Shown here one piece after another: positions 19,246 to 29,316 of a DNA stretch of 61,822 bases. The DNA is taken from assembly GCA_050010755.1 (NCBI GenBank), contig JBEKKK010000006.1, positions 1-61,822 on the forward strand, read 5' to 3'. The notes beneath the pieces are model-generated. The model was not told the DNA's origin and searched no databases. It worked only from the letters and a program-made list of their open reading frames with translations. This DNA is from Candidatus Bathyarchaeia archaeon. Its GTDB lineage: Archaea > Thermoproteota > Bathyarchaeia > Bathyarchaeales > Bathycorpusculaceae. Within the stretch, counting starts at the first letter, position 1; every line of letters begins with the position of its first letter. Made by a program: the position numbers and the translations under genes.

Positions 19246-20046
19246 TTGACTGAACGGATAGTAACAGATGGGGACTACACGCTTCTCAGCTTGGGCCCGC
19301 GAAAGACCTACATGGTTAGAGTCGAAAAGGGAAAGAGCTTCCACACGCACAAGGGCTTCGTAAAGTTTGATGATCTGATAGGAAGAGAATATGGCTCCAC
19401 GATTCAGAGTAGCCTGGGTTTTGAATTTACGGCTCTGAAACCGCTGCTGCACGACTACATTATGAAGTCCGCGAGACAGACTCAGATAAGTTACCCGAAG
19501 GATATTGCCCTCATCGTAATGTTTAGCGGGATAGGTCCCGGAAGCCGAGTTGTTGAGTCTGGGACAGGAACAGCCGCCCTGACCACCGCGTTGGCGCACT
19601 ACGTCCAGCCAAGCGGCAGGGTATACAGTTACGAAATCAGAGGGGAATTTCAAAAAACTGCTGAGAAAAACTTGACCAGGGCTGAGCTCATCGACTACGT
19701 CGAACTTAAGATCAAGGATGTCACGACAGGAATAGACGAGAGAGACGTTGACTCGGTGATACTCGATTTGGCAGTCCCATGGATGGTCGTTCCGCATGCC
19801 CAAACCGCCTTGAAGCCATGCGGAACCATAGTTTCCTTCAGTCCGACAATAGAGCAAGTCGTCAAGACAGCTGAAGCCTTGAAAGAAAACGGTTTCGTCA
19901 GCATGGAGACAATCGAATGCCTAATGCGCGGAATGCAAGTCGAAAGGGGAAAGACGCGACCCCACACATTAATGACTGGACACACTGGCTATATCACCTT
20001 CGCCCGCAAAGCGATAAAGATTCAGCCTGCCAATTCCGAAACGTAA
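19246..20046 (+). CDS. trmI: tRNA (adenine57/58-N1)-methyltransferase
   Basis: TQISYPKD, ESGTGTAALT, LDLAVPW, FSPTIEQV, GHTGY. Confidence 0.93.
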   Translation: MTERIVTDGDYTLLSLGPRKTYMVRVEKGKSFHTHKGFVKFDDLIGREYGSTIQSSLGFEFTALKPLLHDYIMKSARQTQISYPKDIALIVMFSGIGPGSRVVESGTGTAALTTALAHYVQPSGRVYSYEIRGEFQKTAEKNLTRAELIDYVELKIKDVTTGIDERDVDSVILDLAVPWMVVPHAQTALKPCGTIVSFSPTIEQVVKTAEALKENGFVSMETIECLMRGMQVERGKTRPHTLMTGHTGYITFARKAIKIQPANSET

Positions 20047-20760
20047 TTGGAGAGAAATGCGGGTTTTCTAAGCTTTGGAGCTGGGATAACGGGCTCAAAT
20101 TGCGTTTGAGCCAAAATTCATCTTCACAATATTGAGTTCGGCTTCTTAAACTAGATATTGGCAGTTAATGCAAATTCAGTATGGCTTCAAATGCAACATG
20201 GGAATCGGTGTAAGAGTTGAAGACTCAAAAGAAAAACTTAACAAAAGATGAGAAAACCAGCGCCATTTTGAGGGACAAAAGCACCAATTCACTCAGTGCT
20301 TCCAAAGAGCAAGGGAAAATAGGGGCAAAAGAACCTTTGTACCTGCTTCGCTACGAATAGAATGAACCCTGCCTAGTCTTCTCGCACAATGTGTGCGCGG
20401 TGATTTCAAACGCGCGACTATCTACCTCTGAGAACAGACGCCATAATGAAACAATATTCAAGTTTCATCGTATTCTGAAGAGACTTCCAGAAAACAGCCT
20501 GACGCTGGGTTGCTCATCCAGTGCCGTCCGTGTAACTCTGATATCTCATCCAAATGTCAAACTAATGCCTTCTCATCATCCGGCAAAGCTCAAGTACCAA
20601 AGGGGAAAATAAAAAGGTTCTCAATTGTCAGTTGCCATAAAATCGTCTTTCGAGGCAGTCGCATAGCTACTTGCAGGTGGATCCAGAATTCTTATTTCGG
20701 GTTCATAAGAGAGTTAAGTAGGAAGACTCCACTATCGGGGTAATCTTTGGAGGATAGTCC

Positions 20761-20943
20761 TTGAAGCAGTCATTGACACTTAAGCAACGAAGCGACTTGA
20801 GTAACAGGATGTTCAAGGTTTTCAAAGAAGATATTAAAGGGCTTTCTGCGGAATTGCAAGGGATATTGTTAGACGACTTGGTCACGGCTTTTCAAAGTAG
20901 AATAAACGTGTTAATTCGAGCACAGGAAAAAAGGAGCTACTAA
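20761..20943 (+). CDS. Small helical hypothetical protein
   Basis: GGAGG RBS upstream of TTG; LSAELQGILLDDLVTAFQSR amphipathic helix. Confidence 0.65.
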   Translation: MKQSLTLKQRSDLSNRMFKVFKEDIKGLSAELQGILLDDLVTAFQSRINVLIRAQEKRSY

Positions 20944-20980
20944 TGTAGAGTAATTAGGAAAAAGACGTAGTTTAAATCCA

Positions 20981-20997
20981 TAAAAGCTTTATATAAA
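20981..20997 (+). promoter_or_regulatory. BRE/TATA promoter
   Basis: AAAAGC-TTTATATA about 35 bp upstream of the ATG at 21029. Confidence 0.55.
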
Positions 20998-21028
20998 AAA
21001 GGCGGTAATATGGCGAAAAGAGGTTTGG

Positions 21029-21325
21029 ATGATGAGACGTTCGAAACTTGAGATGTACATAGACATTCTCAAGGTGTTAGCCCATCGTGGGCCGCTAAAG
21101 CTTACTCACATTATGTATAAGGCTAACGTTAATTGCAGCGTCCTTAAAGAATACTTGGACTTTCTCATAAAGCAGAACCTCGTCGAAGAAAGAATGGTAG
21201 GCAAGAGGCGCGTAGTCTACGCTGTGACCCAAAGAGGCATAACCGTGCTTAAGTACTTCCGAGAGCTCAAACAAGTTCTGCCGATAGTGGAAGAACTCAG
21301 AAACAGGGTTCCAGTACCGTACTAA
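21029..21325 (+). CDS. Winged helix-turn-helix regulator (archaeal HTH_45-like)
   Basis: RRSKLEMYIDIL...THIMYKANVN...YAVTQRG. Confidence 0.85.
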   Translation: MMRRSKLEMYIDILKVLAHRGPLKLTHIMYKANVNCSVLKEYLDFLIKQNLVEERMVGKRRVVYAVTQRGITVLKYFRELKQVLPIVEELRNRVPVPY

Positions 21326-21671
21326 TAGACCCCACCATTTTTCTATTAAATCCACTAAACCAGAGGTTTTCTTGGAAAAGGAACTTAACATACAATAGAA
21401 ACTGGGGGGCTCTTAGGTTGTCCTCAAACGGCGGCGTGAGCCTTTATTTTAAAATCATTCTCGAATTGTCTTCAGTTTTTGCTCCTATACAAGATGCAAT
21501 CTGTATGTTTTCGAATTAAGGGGAACCAGTGGTCGCTTTTGGCATGTTTCCATGAGCATGTATTTATCTTGACCATTTGTTTTGTGAATAATTATGTTTG
21601 TGTCGTAAGACTTAATACAGCGCTTATTATCTACCATACTGTAGACGCACAAGACGAACGAGGAAGAAGCA

Positions 21672-22049
21672 TTGTCCAACCCGGAAATTGTGGGCAAGAG
21701 GCCTTTGCAGGTTCTGGAGAAGATTCGCGATCATCTAGAGAGCCTCAATGAGAAGATAGAAGTAATGATTGAATTGCAGAAGCATGGGAGGAAGGATTAC
21801 CAGCCGACTCTCACTGACGCCCCTTTAGACGTGATGACGCTTCTCTCGATGCCGGATCATTTGCGAAAGACTGCCATGACGCTTTGCAGAATGGGCCGTG
21901 CGACAGCTGACGAGATTTCTGAACAGACGAAGAGAGCAAGAGCTGTAGAAAGCGCTTATTTGAATCAGCTAGTGATAATGGGGCACCTGAAGAAAGAGAG
22001 GAACGGCAGGAAAGCCTACTTTTTCATAGACAAGGAGACTAAAGGGTGA
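21672..22049 (+). CDS. Coiled-coil + winged HTH protein
   Basis: ATADEISEQTKRARAVESAYLNQLVIMGHLKKERNGRKAYF; overlaps the MinD/ParA start (GTGA). Confidence 0.8.
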   Translation: MSNPEIVGKRPLQVLEKIRDHLESLNEKIEVMIELQKHGRKDYQPTLTDAPLDVMTLLSMPDHLRKTAMTLCRMGRATADEISEQTKRARAVESAYLNQLVIMGHLKKERNGRKAYFFIDKETKG

Positions 22050-22828
22050 CGGCCATGGGCAGAATAGTTGCTGTGCACTCATACAAAGGCGGGACGGGAA
22101 AAACTCTCCTCTCGATCAATCTGGCCGCGGCTTTGGCAGAACACGGCAAAAAAGTTTGCCTATTCGACCTTGATTTTCGAGCCCCAAGTCTTGCAACGTT
22201 GCTTAATGTTGACCATTCGGAGTGCTGGCTCAATGATTACTTAAACGGTACATGCGAAATTGACAAAGCACTGTTGGACCTAAGCGAAAGAGTTCACAAC
22301 GGTGGTAAGCTCTTCGTTGGGCTTGCCAACCCTGCGACTGAAGCAATAAGGGATATGTCTTCTAAAGACAGAAAATGGGAAATGCGGGCTCTTGGAAGAC
22401 TCCTAGCACTCAGAACTTCTTTACTTAACGATAAGGGTTTTGACTATATACTCATGGATACGAGCCCAGGGCTTCAATACTCTTCTATAAACGCCATTGT
22501 GAGTGCAGATCTTGTGCTTGTGGCGACCACCTTCGACCGATCGGACGTCGACGGAACAAGACGAATGCTTCGCGAACTGTACGATCTGTTTGAGAAGAAG
22601 ACCGAAGTAGTCTTGAACAAAGTCCTTGATGCTTCTTCAAAAGCTGGAAAAGAAGAGATAACATCAAAAGTGAATGAGGTGTACCAAGTTCCATTGCTGG
22701 GCATAGTGCCTTGCTTCTGCGACATTCTGAAGGCGAGAGGCGGAACCATATTTGCAAATGAAAAGCCTGACCATCCTTTCACAAGAATCTTGGAAGAGAT
22801 GGCCACAAAGATAGACAAAATGGCCTAG
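22046..22828 (+). CDS. MinD/ParA family ATPase
   Basis: Deviant Walker A KGGTGKT, DLDFRAPSL, DYILMDTSPG, VVLNKV. Confidence 0.9.
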   Translation: MTAMGRIVAVHSYKGGTGKTLLSINLAAALAEHGKKVCLFDLDFRAPSLATLLNVDHSECWLNDYLNGTCEIDKALLDLSERVHNGGKLFVGLANPATEAIRDMSSKDRKWEMRALGRLLALRTSLLNDKGFDYILMDTSPGLQYSSINAIVSADLVLVATTFDRSDVDGTRRMLRELYDLFEKKTEVVLNKVLDASSKAGKEEITSKVNEVYQVPLLGIVPCFCDILKARGGTIFANEKPDHPFTRILEEMATKIDKMA

Positions 22829-22846
22829 TGCGACTCGTGCGTGCTC

Positions 22847-22966
22847 TTACTTCGCGGCTATCTTGTTCATGAGCAAGTAGATCCTGCAAGCCCTGCACTT
22901 GTCATATTCCTTCTGCTCACAACGGTTGCAGATTATCCTGTTTAGTTCAACGACTTCTGAACTCAT
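22847..22966 (-). CDS. 39-aa putative zinc-finger microprotein (not in ORF track)
   Basis: Hand translation MSSEVVELNRIICNRCEQKEYDKCRACRIYLLMNKIAAK; two CxxC; AAGGAG RBS and a TATA-like element upstream. Confidence 0.7.
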   Translation of the reverse strand: MSSEVVELNRIICNRCEQKEYDKCRACRIYLLMNKIAAK

Positions 22967-23113
22967 CAGTTTCGTCTCTCCTTATAGCATAACAGAAGCC
23001 GGGTTTCGGTTATATAGCGTATTCCAACTCAAGTAATATTTCGTGCAAAAAACTTATTACACGACCAAAGAAACATTCCTGAGAGTTTATTCATTGATGG
23101 AGACAGCGCATTA

Positions 23114-23758
23114 TTGACCAGCTCGGCAATCATCCTTGCAGGCGGCCTTTCTAGCAGGTTCGGTCAGGACAAAGGGCTACTCCAGCTGGCCAAAAGACCA
23201 TTGGTAAGACACGTGCTGAATGCGGTCACTGGTGTTGTCGACGAGAAAATAGTTGTGGTCAGCCATAGAGAACACGTTGATAAATACAGGAAGGCAATTG
23301 ATGGATCCGCAAGCATACTAGTCGACAAGGGCAACATTCACGGCCCGCTCGCTGGAGTATTCACTGGTTTCGAAAAAGCACAGGGAGAATACTCGCTTCT
23401 TCTTCCCTGTGACACCCCTTTCGTCTCAAGAGATATTCTGTCGTTGCTACTTGAACTGGGCCCAGGAAGAAATGCGTGCGTCCCGCGATGGCCCAGCGGC
23501 TACGTAGAACCACTACAAGCGGTCTACTGCACAAAATCGGCATTAGAAGCCTCCAGTGTGGCATTGGGCGCTGGAAAGCTCAACGTGCAAGCAATGCTGG
23601 ACAGGTTGCAATGTGTGCGCTACGTTTCCACGCTGGTCTTGCAGCAGCTTGACCCTGAACTCAGAACGTTCTTCAACGTTAACACACCTCTAGATCTTAA
23701 GAAGGCTGAGCAGATGTTTGACTGTACTCGCTCACGCACTTATGGGCCTTCCAAGTGA
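23114..23758 (+). CDS. mobA: Molybdenum cofactor guanylyltransferase
   Basis: ILAGGLSSRFGQDK, GPLAG, PCDTPF, EPLQAVY, FNVNTPLDL. Confidence 0.92.
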   Translation: MTSSAIILAGGLSSRFGQDKGLLQLAKRPLVRHVLNAVTGVVDEKIVVVSHREHVDKYRKAIDGSASILVDKGNIHGPLAGVFTGFEKAQGEYSLLLPCDTPFVSRDILSLLLELGPGRNACVPRWPSGYVEPLQAVYCTKSALEASSVALGAGKLNVQAMLDRLQCVRYVSTLVLQQLDPELRTFFNVNTPLDLKKAEQMFDCTRSRTYGPSK

Positions 23759-25057
23759 TTAAAGTCGACTAGCGTGGGCCCGTTTAGCGTATTTTTCGGT
23801 TTCTTCGAAGAGTTTTCCAATGTCATCTTTGGAATGCTCAGTGCTCAGGACACCGTTGTGTGTCGGTAACAAGAAGAGCCCGTTCGCTATCAAGGCTAAA
23901 GAATAGTCGATGAGCTTCTTTCTATCCGCAGTGAAGGCAGAAGTTGCGTCATTGACCTTTTCTTTCGTAAAATGTGTGTTGAAAATGGAGCCTGCTCCCG
24001 TAAGCTGCACATCTTGTCCGCAGGTTTCGAAAATGTCCAGCAGCTCCTTTCTAATTCGGGCTCCAGACGCGTTCAAACTCTCTATTAATTTGCCATCTTC
24101 CAACAGTTTCAAAGTCGCCAAGCCAGCGGTCATCGTTACAGGGTTTGCGGCAAAAGTTCCACCGTGGAAGGAGTAATACGGACGTTGATGCGCGACGTTG
24201 TCCAAGCGTTCCATGATTTCGATGGGTCCGCAAAACGCGCCTATCGGAAAGCCTCCGCCCAGGATCTTTCCCAGGACAACTATGTCAGCGTTCACGCCAT
24301 AGTACTGTTGAGCACCTCCCGGCGCAAGTCTAAAACCTGTTATGACCTCATCAAAAATCAACAGTGTTTTTCTCTCGTTACAGTACTCGCGAAGTCCCCG
24401 CAAGAAATCTCTTTCAGCGGGCACGCCTCCGCCTGCTCCTAGAACCGGTTCGATTATAATGGCCGCGACATCTTCGCTTTTCAGCCTCTTCTTTACTCCT
24501 TCTAAATCGTTGTAAGGCAAAGTAATCGTGTCTCGAGTCGCCCCGACCGTTAGGCCGGCCGATTCTGGAAGGTCAAAGGGGTACTTCACGCTCACTTGGA
24601 GTGCATCGTACCCGCCATGCCAACCGCCTTCGAACTTTGCAATCTTGGGCTTCCCAGCATATGCCCTTGCCAAACGTATGGCGTACATGTTCGCCTCAGT
24701 TCCGGAGTTCGTGAACCGAACCATTCTCGCGTTCGGAATCATCTTCACAACCTGCTCGGCAAGTTTGATCTCCAACTCATGGCAAGTTCCATAGTGCGTA
24801 CCTTTTTGAAGCTGGTCGCTTACCGCATTCGTCACGGCCGGGTTTGCATGGCCCAAGATGAGAGCTGTGTGTCCCAGCCAGAAATCCACGTACTCGTTGT
24901 CGTCAACATCGTACAGTTTACTTCCCTTTGCTTTAGCAGTGTAGAAGGGGTAAGGCTCGAAGTACCGTACGCCATAGGAGACCCCTGCCGGAAGAACATT
25001 CTTAGCTCTCTCGTACAAAATTCTGGAGTTGGGTGTTTTCGAAACATAGCTTGGCAT
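23759..25057 (-). CDS. Class III PLP aminotransferase, glutamate-1-semialdehyde aminomutase-like
   Basis: NSGTEA, KFEGGWHG, IIEPV, FDEVITGFR, GKILGGGFPIG, GGTFAANP. Confidence 0.88.
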   Translation of the reverse strand: MPSYVSKTPNSRILYERAKNVLPAGVSYGVRYFEPYPFYTAKAKGSKLYDVDDNEYVDFWLGHTALILGHANPAVTNAVSDQLQKGTHYGTCHELEIKLAEQVVKMIPNARMVRFTNSGTEANMYAIRLARAYAGKPKIAKFEGGWHGGYDALQVSVKYPFDLPESAGLTVGATRDTITLPYNDLEGVKKRLKSEDVAAIIIEPVLGAGGGVPAERDFLRGLREYCNERKTLLIFDEVITGFRLAPGGAQQYYGVNADIVVLGKILGGGFPIGAFCGPIEIMERLDNVAHQRPYYSFHGGTFAANPVTMTAGLATLKLLEDGKLIESLNASGARIRKELLDIFETCGQDVQLTGAGSIFNTHFTKEKVNDATSAFTADRKKLIDYSLALIANGLFLLPTHNGVLSTEHSKDDIGKLFEETEKYAKRAHASRL

Positions 25058-25355
25058 TTCAACCGCTGAGGTCTCATTTTTGGTGCTGTCTTATTATGGT
25101 TTCCATGGGTGAGTCAATTATTAGACAACGCGGAGAACTGCCTCACGATGAAAAACGACTCACCAAACTGGGTGATTCTATTCACAATCTCTAACGTCTT
25201 CGAAAGACTTAAGCCACGTGTATTACTGTTGGCTTCATTGAACAGGAGAAAACTGACTTGCATGGGTCCGCACGAACCGTGGTTCCGGCGAGTAGAGACG
25301 GAAACGACTTACATGACAGTTTGAAGTGGCTCTATTTTATGTTTTTATGTGAACT

Positions 25356-26075
25356 ATGGGGTTCAGAACCATGGAACTTTTAAGAGAAGTGATAATTTCG
25401 GTCCTTGAAGTCTCTAAAGGCGAACAAGTTTTATATGAACTTGTCAAAAAAGAGTCAAGGCTTCCATCAAAAACATGGGAGAGATTGCTCCGAACTCTGC
25501 AGAAAGATGGTTTGGTTTATCTGCACGATGGATTTTTGCAAACCAGCGCTTTACAACGCGTAGGCCTAGCCGTGCGTGCGTTACAACTGGGTGCCGATAA
25601 TGAGCGAGTTAGCGGTTTTTTGGAGTGGAAAGAATTCGAGCGTTTAACTGCGGCTGCGCTCGATATGCATGGTTACGCAGTGAAGCTTAACTTGCGGTTC
25701 AGGCAGGGCGGACGCAGCTGGGAGATGGACATCATTAGTTGTCGCAGACCGCTTGTTGTCTGTGTGGACTGTAAGCACTGGCGCCGAGGCCTGTATCCAT
25801 CAAAGCTGAGGAAAGTTGTTGATGAACAGGTGAAGCGGACGGTGGCTTTTTCTGAGTTTGTGCCGAATCAAAAGGTTAGAGTTGAGTGTGCTTCGTGGGA
25901 AGAGACGACATTTATTCCTGTCGTTGTGTCCTTAGTGCCCACGAGTTTCAGATTTTATAATGGGACACCGATCGTCCCTATTCTGCAACTGCAGGACTTT
26001 CTCGTTCAACTTCCCATGTGCTCGGACTCGTTGAGGAGGATCGAGAGAGTGCAGCCACATCTCAAGATTGTGTAA
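25356..26075 (+). CDS. PD-(D/E)XK restriction-endonuclease-like protein with N-terminal helical/HTH region
   Basis: WKEFERL...WEMDII...VCVDCKHW. Confidence 0.7.
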   Translation: MGFRTMELLREVIISVLEVSKGEQVLYELVKKESRLPSKTWERLLRTLQKDGLVYLHDGFLQTSALQRVGLAVRALQLGADNERVSGFLEWKEFERLTAAALDMHGYAVKLNLRFRQGGRSWEMDIISCRRPLVVCVDCKHWRRGLYPSKLRKVVDEQVKRTVAFSEFVPNQKVRVECASWEETTFIPVVVSLVPTSFRFYNGTPIVPILQLQDFLVQLPMCSDSLRRIERVQPHLKIV

Positions 26076-27930
26076 TGGTCTCCAACAGGGGTTTCTTTGC
26101 GAACCTTATTGCTGGGTAAACGCTTGAAGCAAATGTTGCGCCAAAGGCCAGAAGGAGCCAACCGGCTATTTCAATGACTGTATAAGTCGTCACGATTGGT
26201 TGCTGCACCAGAATTAGTAGAGTGGTAATTACTCCGAAGGCGATTCCGACTGCGTAACTGCCCAGTAGCACTATTAGGCTTTGCGCGGAAACAATCCCGA
26301 GGACGGTTATGGGCCTCGCGCCCAGCGCTCTGAGAATGCCGAATTCCTGCCGCTGTTCATTTATAGTTAGCATAACATAACCTAGCAGGCTCAAGGATGC
26401 AGCAATCAAAGTGAACAGAGGTAGAAACATGATCGTCGACCAGAGGAAATTAAGGAACCCAACACTTTTGTCTGCAGATTCGTTGAGTTCATAAATTTCT
26501 AAACCTGCTTTTGTAACAGTCGCGTTTACTTCATTCAAGACCTCTGTTTCATTCATTGAAGAGTCAATCTTGACCATGAGCACGTTGGTTCCTGACATGC
26601 CTGAAATAGCCTGCAGCGTCGCAAGAGGGACATACGTGACGTTTCCATTGTTAATAGGATCAAAGCAGACGCCAACTACATTGAGACTCTCGTTAAAGAT
26701 TTTGATTTTCTCTATTAGAGGCTCGGAAAACAGCTTTTGGCCGATACTGTCCCCGACTACGGCTTCTGCTGCTTGATTAGTGGATAGAAACCTGCCGTCC
26801 GTCGACCAACTATTCAGCACGTTCCTCGGGTCGACGCCCACGACGAGGGACTCTCCCTGGCGACTATCCCCGACAAACGTTGTTTCGCCTGTGCTGTTTC
26901 CAAGGATCATTCCTTGGACTTCTTGAACTGGCTCCCCCAAGACCAAACGGGCGTCGATACCTGTGATTCCGTCTGTGGAAAGCAATTGGCTGGAAATATT
27001 CGAGGGGATTAAATATTTTTCGTTTGTGTAGTTGAATGGGAGGGACTTTTGTCCTTCGTAGAATTCTGAGAGCAAAAGCTTGTACTGGTTGATCATATCC
27101 GGATAGGCTACTAACAACACGTTTCTTCCAACAGCATTCTCAACCCAGCCTCGGCTGGTGTCCTCAGCGATTAGCCCTCCCGCGACGCCCACCGTGACCA
27201 AAAGGAAAACGATGCTCAGGCACAGGACAATCCTTATAGTGGCCGATTTGCGTCGGACGAGGCTTCTCACCGCGATTTTCAGAGAAACGCCGGATTTTGA
27301 CATGATTTTGAAGCCCGACTCCTTTGAAAGTCCAAGGTAATTGGCGGGAGAAAGGGCTCGTGCAGGCTCGACCCTAATCGCTGAAAGAACCGGTGCACCA
27401 CCTAGAACGAGCGAAAGCGCAAAGAACGCGATGAACACGGCAAATGGTGTCCAGAAGCTAGTCGTTTGTTGCGGAAATTGCAAACCAAGACTGTTCAAGA
27501 GGCTCGTCGAAGCCATATTCATCAGAACGCCTAGTATCGTGCCCGCCAAACAGCCGACAAAGCCGACTACCAAGAGTTCGGTGAAGAAATAGCCAAAAAG
27601 CAAGTCGTTTGGGCATCCTGCCGCTTTCATCAATCCAATGTCTCTTATCCGTTGTGACATCATGATAAAAGCAGTGAAAGAAATCATCACAATTCCAGCT
27701 GCAATAATTAGAATCACGAGAAACGTTAGAAATGGAGAAAACATCTGCGAAAAACCAGCGGTGAGTTTGCCCTCGACTGCTGATGAAATACCAAAGCCCA
27801 TCTTTTGAGCGAAGAGAAGCAGAAAAAGCGTCGAAGCGACACACAGAGTCAGGCTGAAGATTACCAAGCTCGTCTGCATCTTTCTCCGAAGCAGATCGTT
27901 GATTGAAAAAGAAGTTTCACTCATTTTCAC
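26062..27930 (-). CDS. FtsX/MacB-type ABC permease with two permease domains
   Basis: QRIRDIGLMKAAG and EQRQEFGILRALGA repeats, extracytoplasmic domain. Confidence 0.88.
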   Translation of the reverse strand: MKMSETSFSINDLLRRKMQTSLVIFSLTLCVASTLFLLLFAQKMGFGISSAVEGKLTAGFSQMFSPFLTFLVILIIAAGIVMISFTAFIMMSQRIRDIGLMKAAGCPNDLLFGYFFTELLVVGFVGCLAGTILGVLMNMASTSLLNSLGLQFPQQTTSFWTPFAVFIAFFALSLVLGGAPVLSAIRVEPARALSPANYLGLSKESGFKIMSKSGVSLKIAVRSLVRRKSATIRIVLCLSIVFLLVTVGVAGGLIAEDTSRGWVENAVGRNVLLVAYPDMINQYKLLLSEFYEGQKSLPFNYTNEKYLIPSNISSQLLSTDGITGIDARLVLGEPVQEVQGMILGNSTGETTFVGDSRQGESLVVGVDPRNVLNSWSTDGRFLSTNQAAEAVVGDSIGQKLFSEPLIEKIKIFNESLNVVGVCFDPINNGNVTYVPLATLQAISGMSGTNVLMVKIDSSMNETEVLNEVNATVTKAGLEIYELNESADKSVGFLNFLWSTIMFLPLFTLIAASLSLLGYVMLTINEQRQEFGILRALGARPITVLGIVSAQSLIVLLGSYAVGIAFGVITTLLILVQQPIVTTYTVIEIAGWLLLAFGATFASSVYPAIRFAKKPLLETITQS

Positions 27931-28606
27931 TAATCAACCTGCCATCTTCCAAACATAGCTTTTGATGAGCTAGCTCGAATATACGTTCGTCATGGGTTGC
28001 GACGATCATGGTTTTTCCGCCATCCTTCAGCGTTGAGAGTATCTGAATGATTTTTGCGCTCGTTTTCACATCCAAGTTTCCAGTGGGTTCGTCTACAAGA
28101 AGCAAAGGCGGATCATTTGCCAACGCACGGGCAAAGGCGACGCGTTGTTGTTCACCACCGCTCAGTTGGAACGGGAAGTGTTCTGTTCTGTGCTGCAGAC
28201 CCACGAGGCCCATTAGCTCACTTACGCGTTCTTTGATGTATTCTTCCTTCTTCCCAGACCACTCCATCGGAAATGCAACGTTTTCGGCAACGGTTAGCGT
28301 TGAAACGAGATTGTAGGATTGAAAAACAAACCCGACATTACTGCATCGGAAACCCGCCAGGAAGTCCTCGTTCTGGGTCGCCAAGTCTTCTCCGTAGACA
28401 ATGATCTTTCCACTTGTTGGCTTGTCGATGCCGCCGACAATGTTCAGAAGCGTCGTCTTTCCTGAGCCCGAAGCCCCGCCGAGAACAGTGAATTCTCCTT
28501 TTCTGACCTCAAAATCTATGTCTTTTAGAACCTCAACCTTGAGGCTGTTTACTTCGTAAACTTTGCCCAAGGAAGATGCTGAAATTACAGTTATGGTATC
28601 CTCCAT
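27917..28606 (-). CDS. LolD/MacB-type ABC ATP-binding protein
   Basis: [40 protein letters not shown]. Confidence 0.93.
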   Translation of the reverse strand: MEDTITVISASSLGKVYEVNSLKVEVLKDIDFEVRKGEFTVLGGASGSGKTTLLNIVGGIDKPTSGKIIVYGEDLATQNEDFLAGFRCSNVGFVFQSYNLVSTLTVAENVAFPMEWSGKKEEYIKERVSELMGLVGLQHRTEHFPFQLSGGEQQRVAFARALANDPPLLLVDEPTGNLDVKTSAKIIQILSTLKDGGKTMIVATHDERIFELAHQKLCLEDGRLISENE

Positions 28607-28720
28607 TTACGGCAACTCTTCTTCTTTCGTGACTGAACAAAGCAAGAGCACCAAAATGAAGGTTGCGATAGACACCATTCTATTCAGGCTGGGCTGCACA
28701 CTAGCAAAAATCATTTTATT

Positions 28721-29260
28721 CTAGCACGTGCTTTTCGAAACCTCTGCGTTATGGGATGCGGAGATTTCCGGACGGTCGTGTCCCTTTTCCGCGCTTGGGC
28801 CGATGTTTACGGTGATCTTTGGTCCAACCGTTTCCTTTTTTTCTGTTATCTCAAAGTTTCCCCTGTCTCGCTTAAGAATTCTTGCTTTTTCCGGGACCCT
28901 ATGTTTTGTGTAATCTCGCCAAGCGATTTCCTTGAATATCCACCTTTTGCCCAAATGCGCAGCTATCACGGCATGCTTGTGTCCCTCGTCGGTCGGAACG
29001 AGCTCATTCAGAAATCTGAAGAGTTTTTCGATCTGTTGCTTAGGAAAGTACGCGTAGTACTTTGCGTTTTTAACTTCAAAAGCGTACATGTCCGAGTTCT
29101 TTCTGGCCATTACGTCGGGCAGAGGATTGAGGCTTGGATTGCTGACCGGAACACGTACAGCGCTGTATCCGTTTTTCTGCAAAAGTTTTACGAGGGCATT
29201 TTCAGCGTAAAAGCCTCTCTTTCGCCATCTGCGAATAGCATCCTTGTCAACCTGCTTCAC
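28721..29260 (-). CDS. Hjc-like Holliday junction resolvase / PD-(D/E)XK nuclease
   Basis: RGFYAENALV...GYSAVRVPVS...PDVMA...AFEVK...QIEKL. Confidence 0.8.
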   Translation of the reverse strand: MKQVDKDAIRRWRKRGFYAENALVKLLQKNGYSAVRVPVSNPSLNPLPDVMARKNSDMYAFEVKNAKYYAYFPKQQIEKLFRFLNELVPTDEGHKHAVIAAHLGKRWIFKEIAWRDYTKHRVPEKARILKRDRGNFEITEKKETVGPKITVNIGPSAEKGHDRPEISASHNAEVSKSTC

Positions 29261-29316
29261 TGATAGCTTTTCTCCCAGTCCAAAGGATTTGCAGCCTGGA
29301 TGTGTTTGCTGCTTCT

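Noticed and set aside
20520-20585. Minus-strand ATGATGA...TTGA...GGATGA C/D-like pattern
   Set aside because: No properly spaced terminal CTGA and no recognisable target.
23759-25057. Gene symbol hemL
   Set aside because: Family is clear, but the N-terminal VNSPVRAF-type motif is divergent and no hem genes are adjacent.
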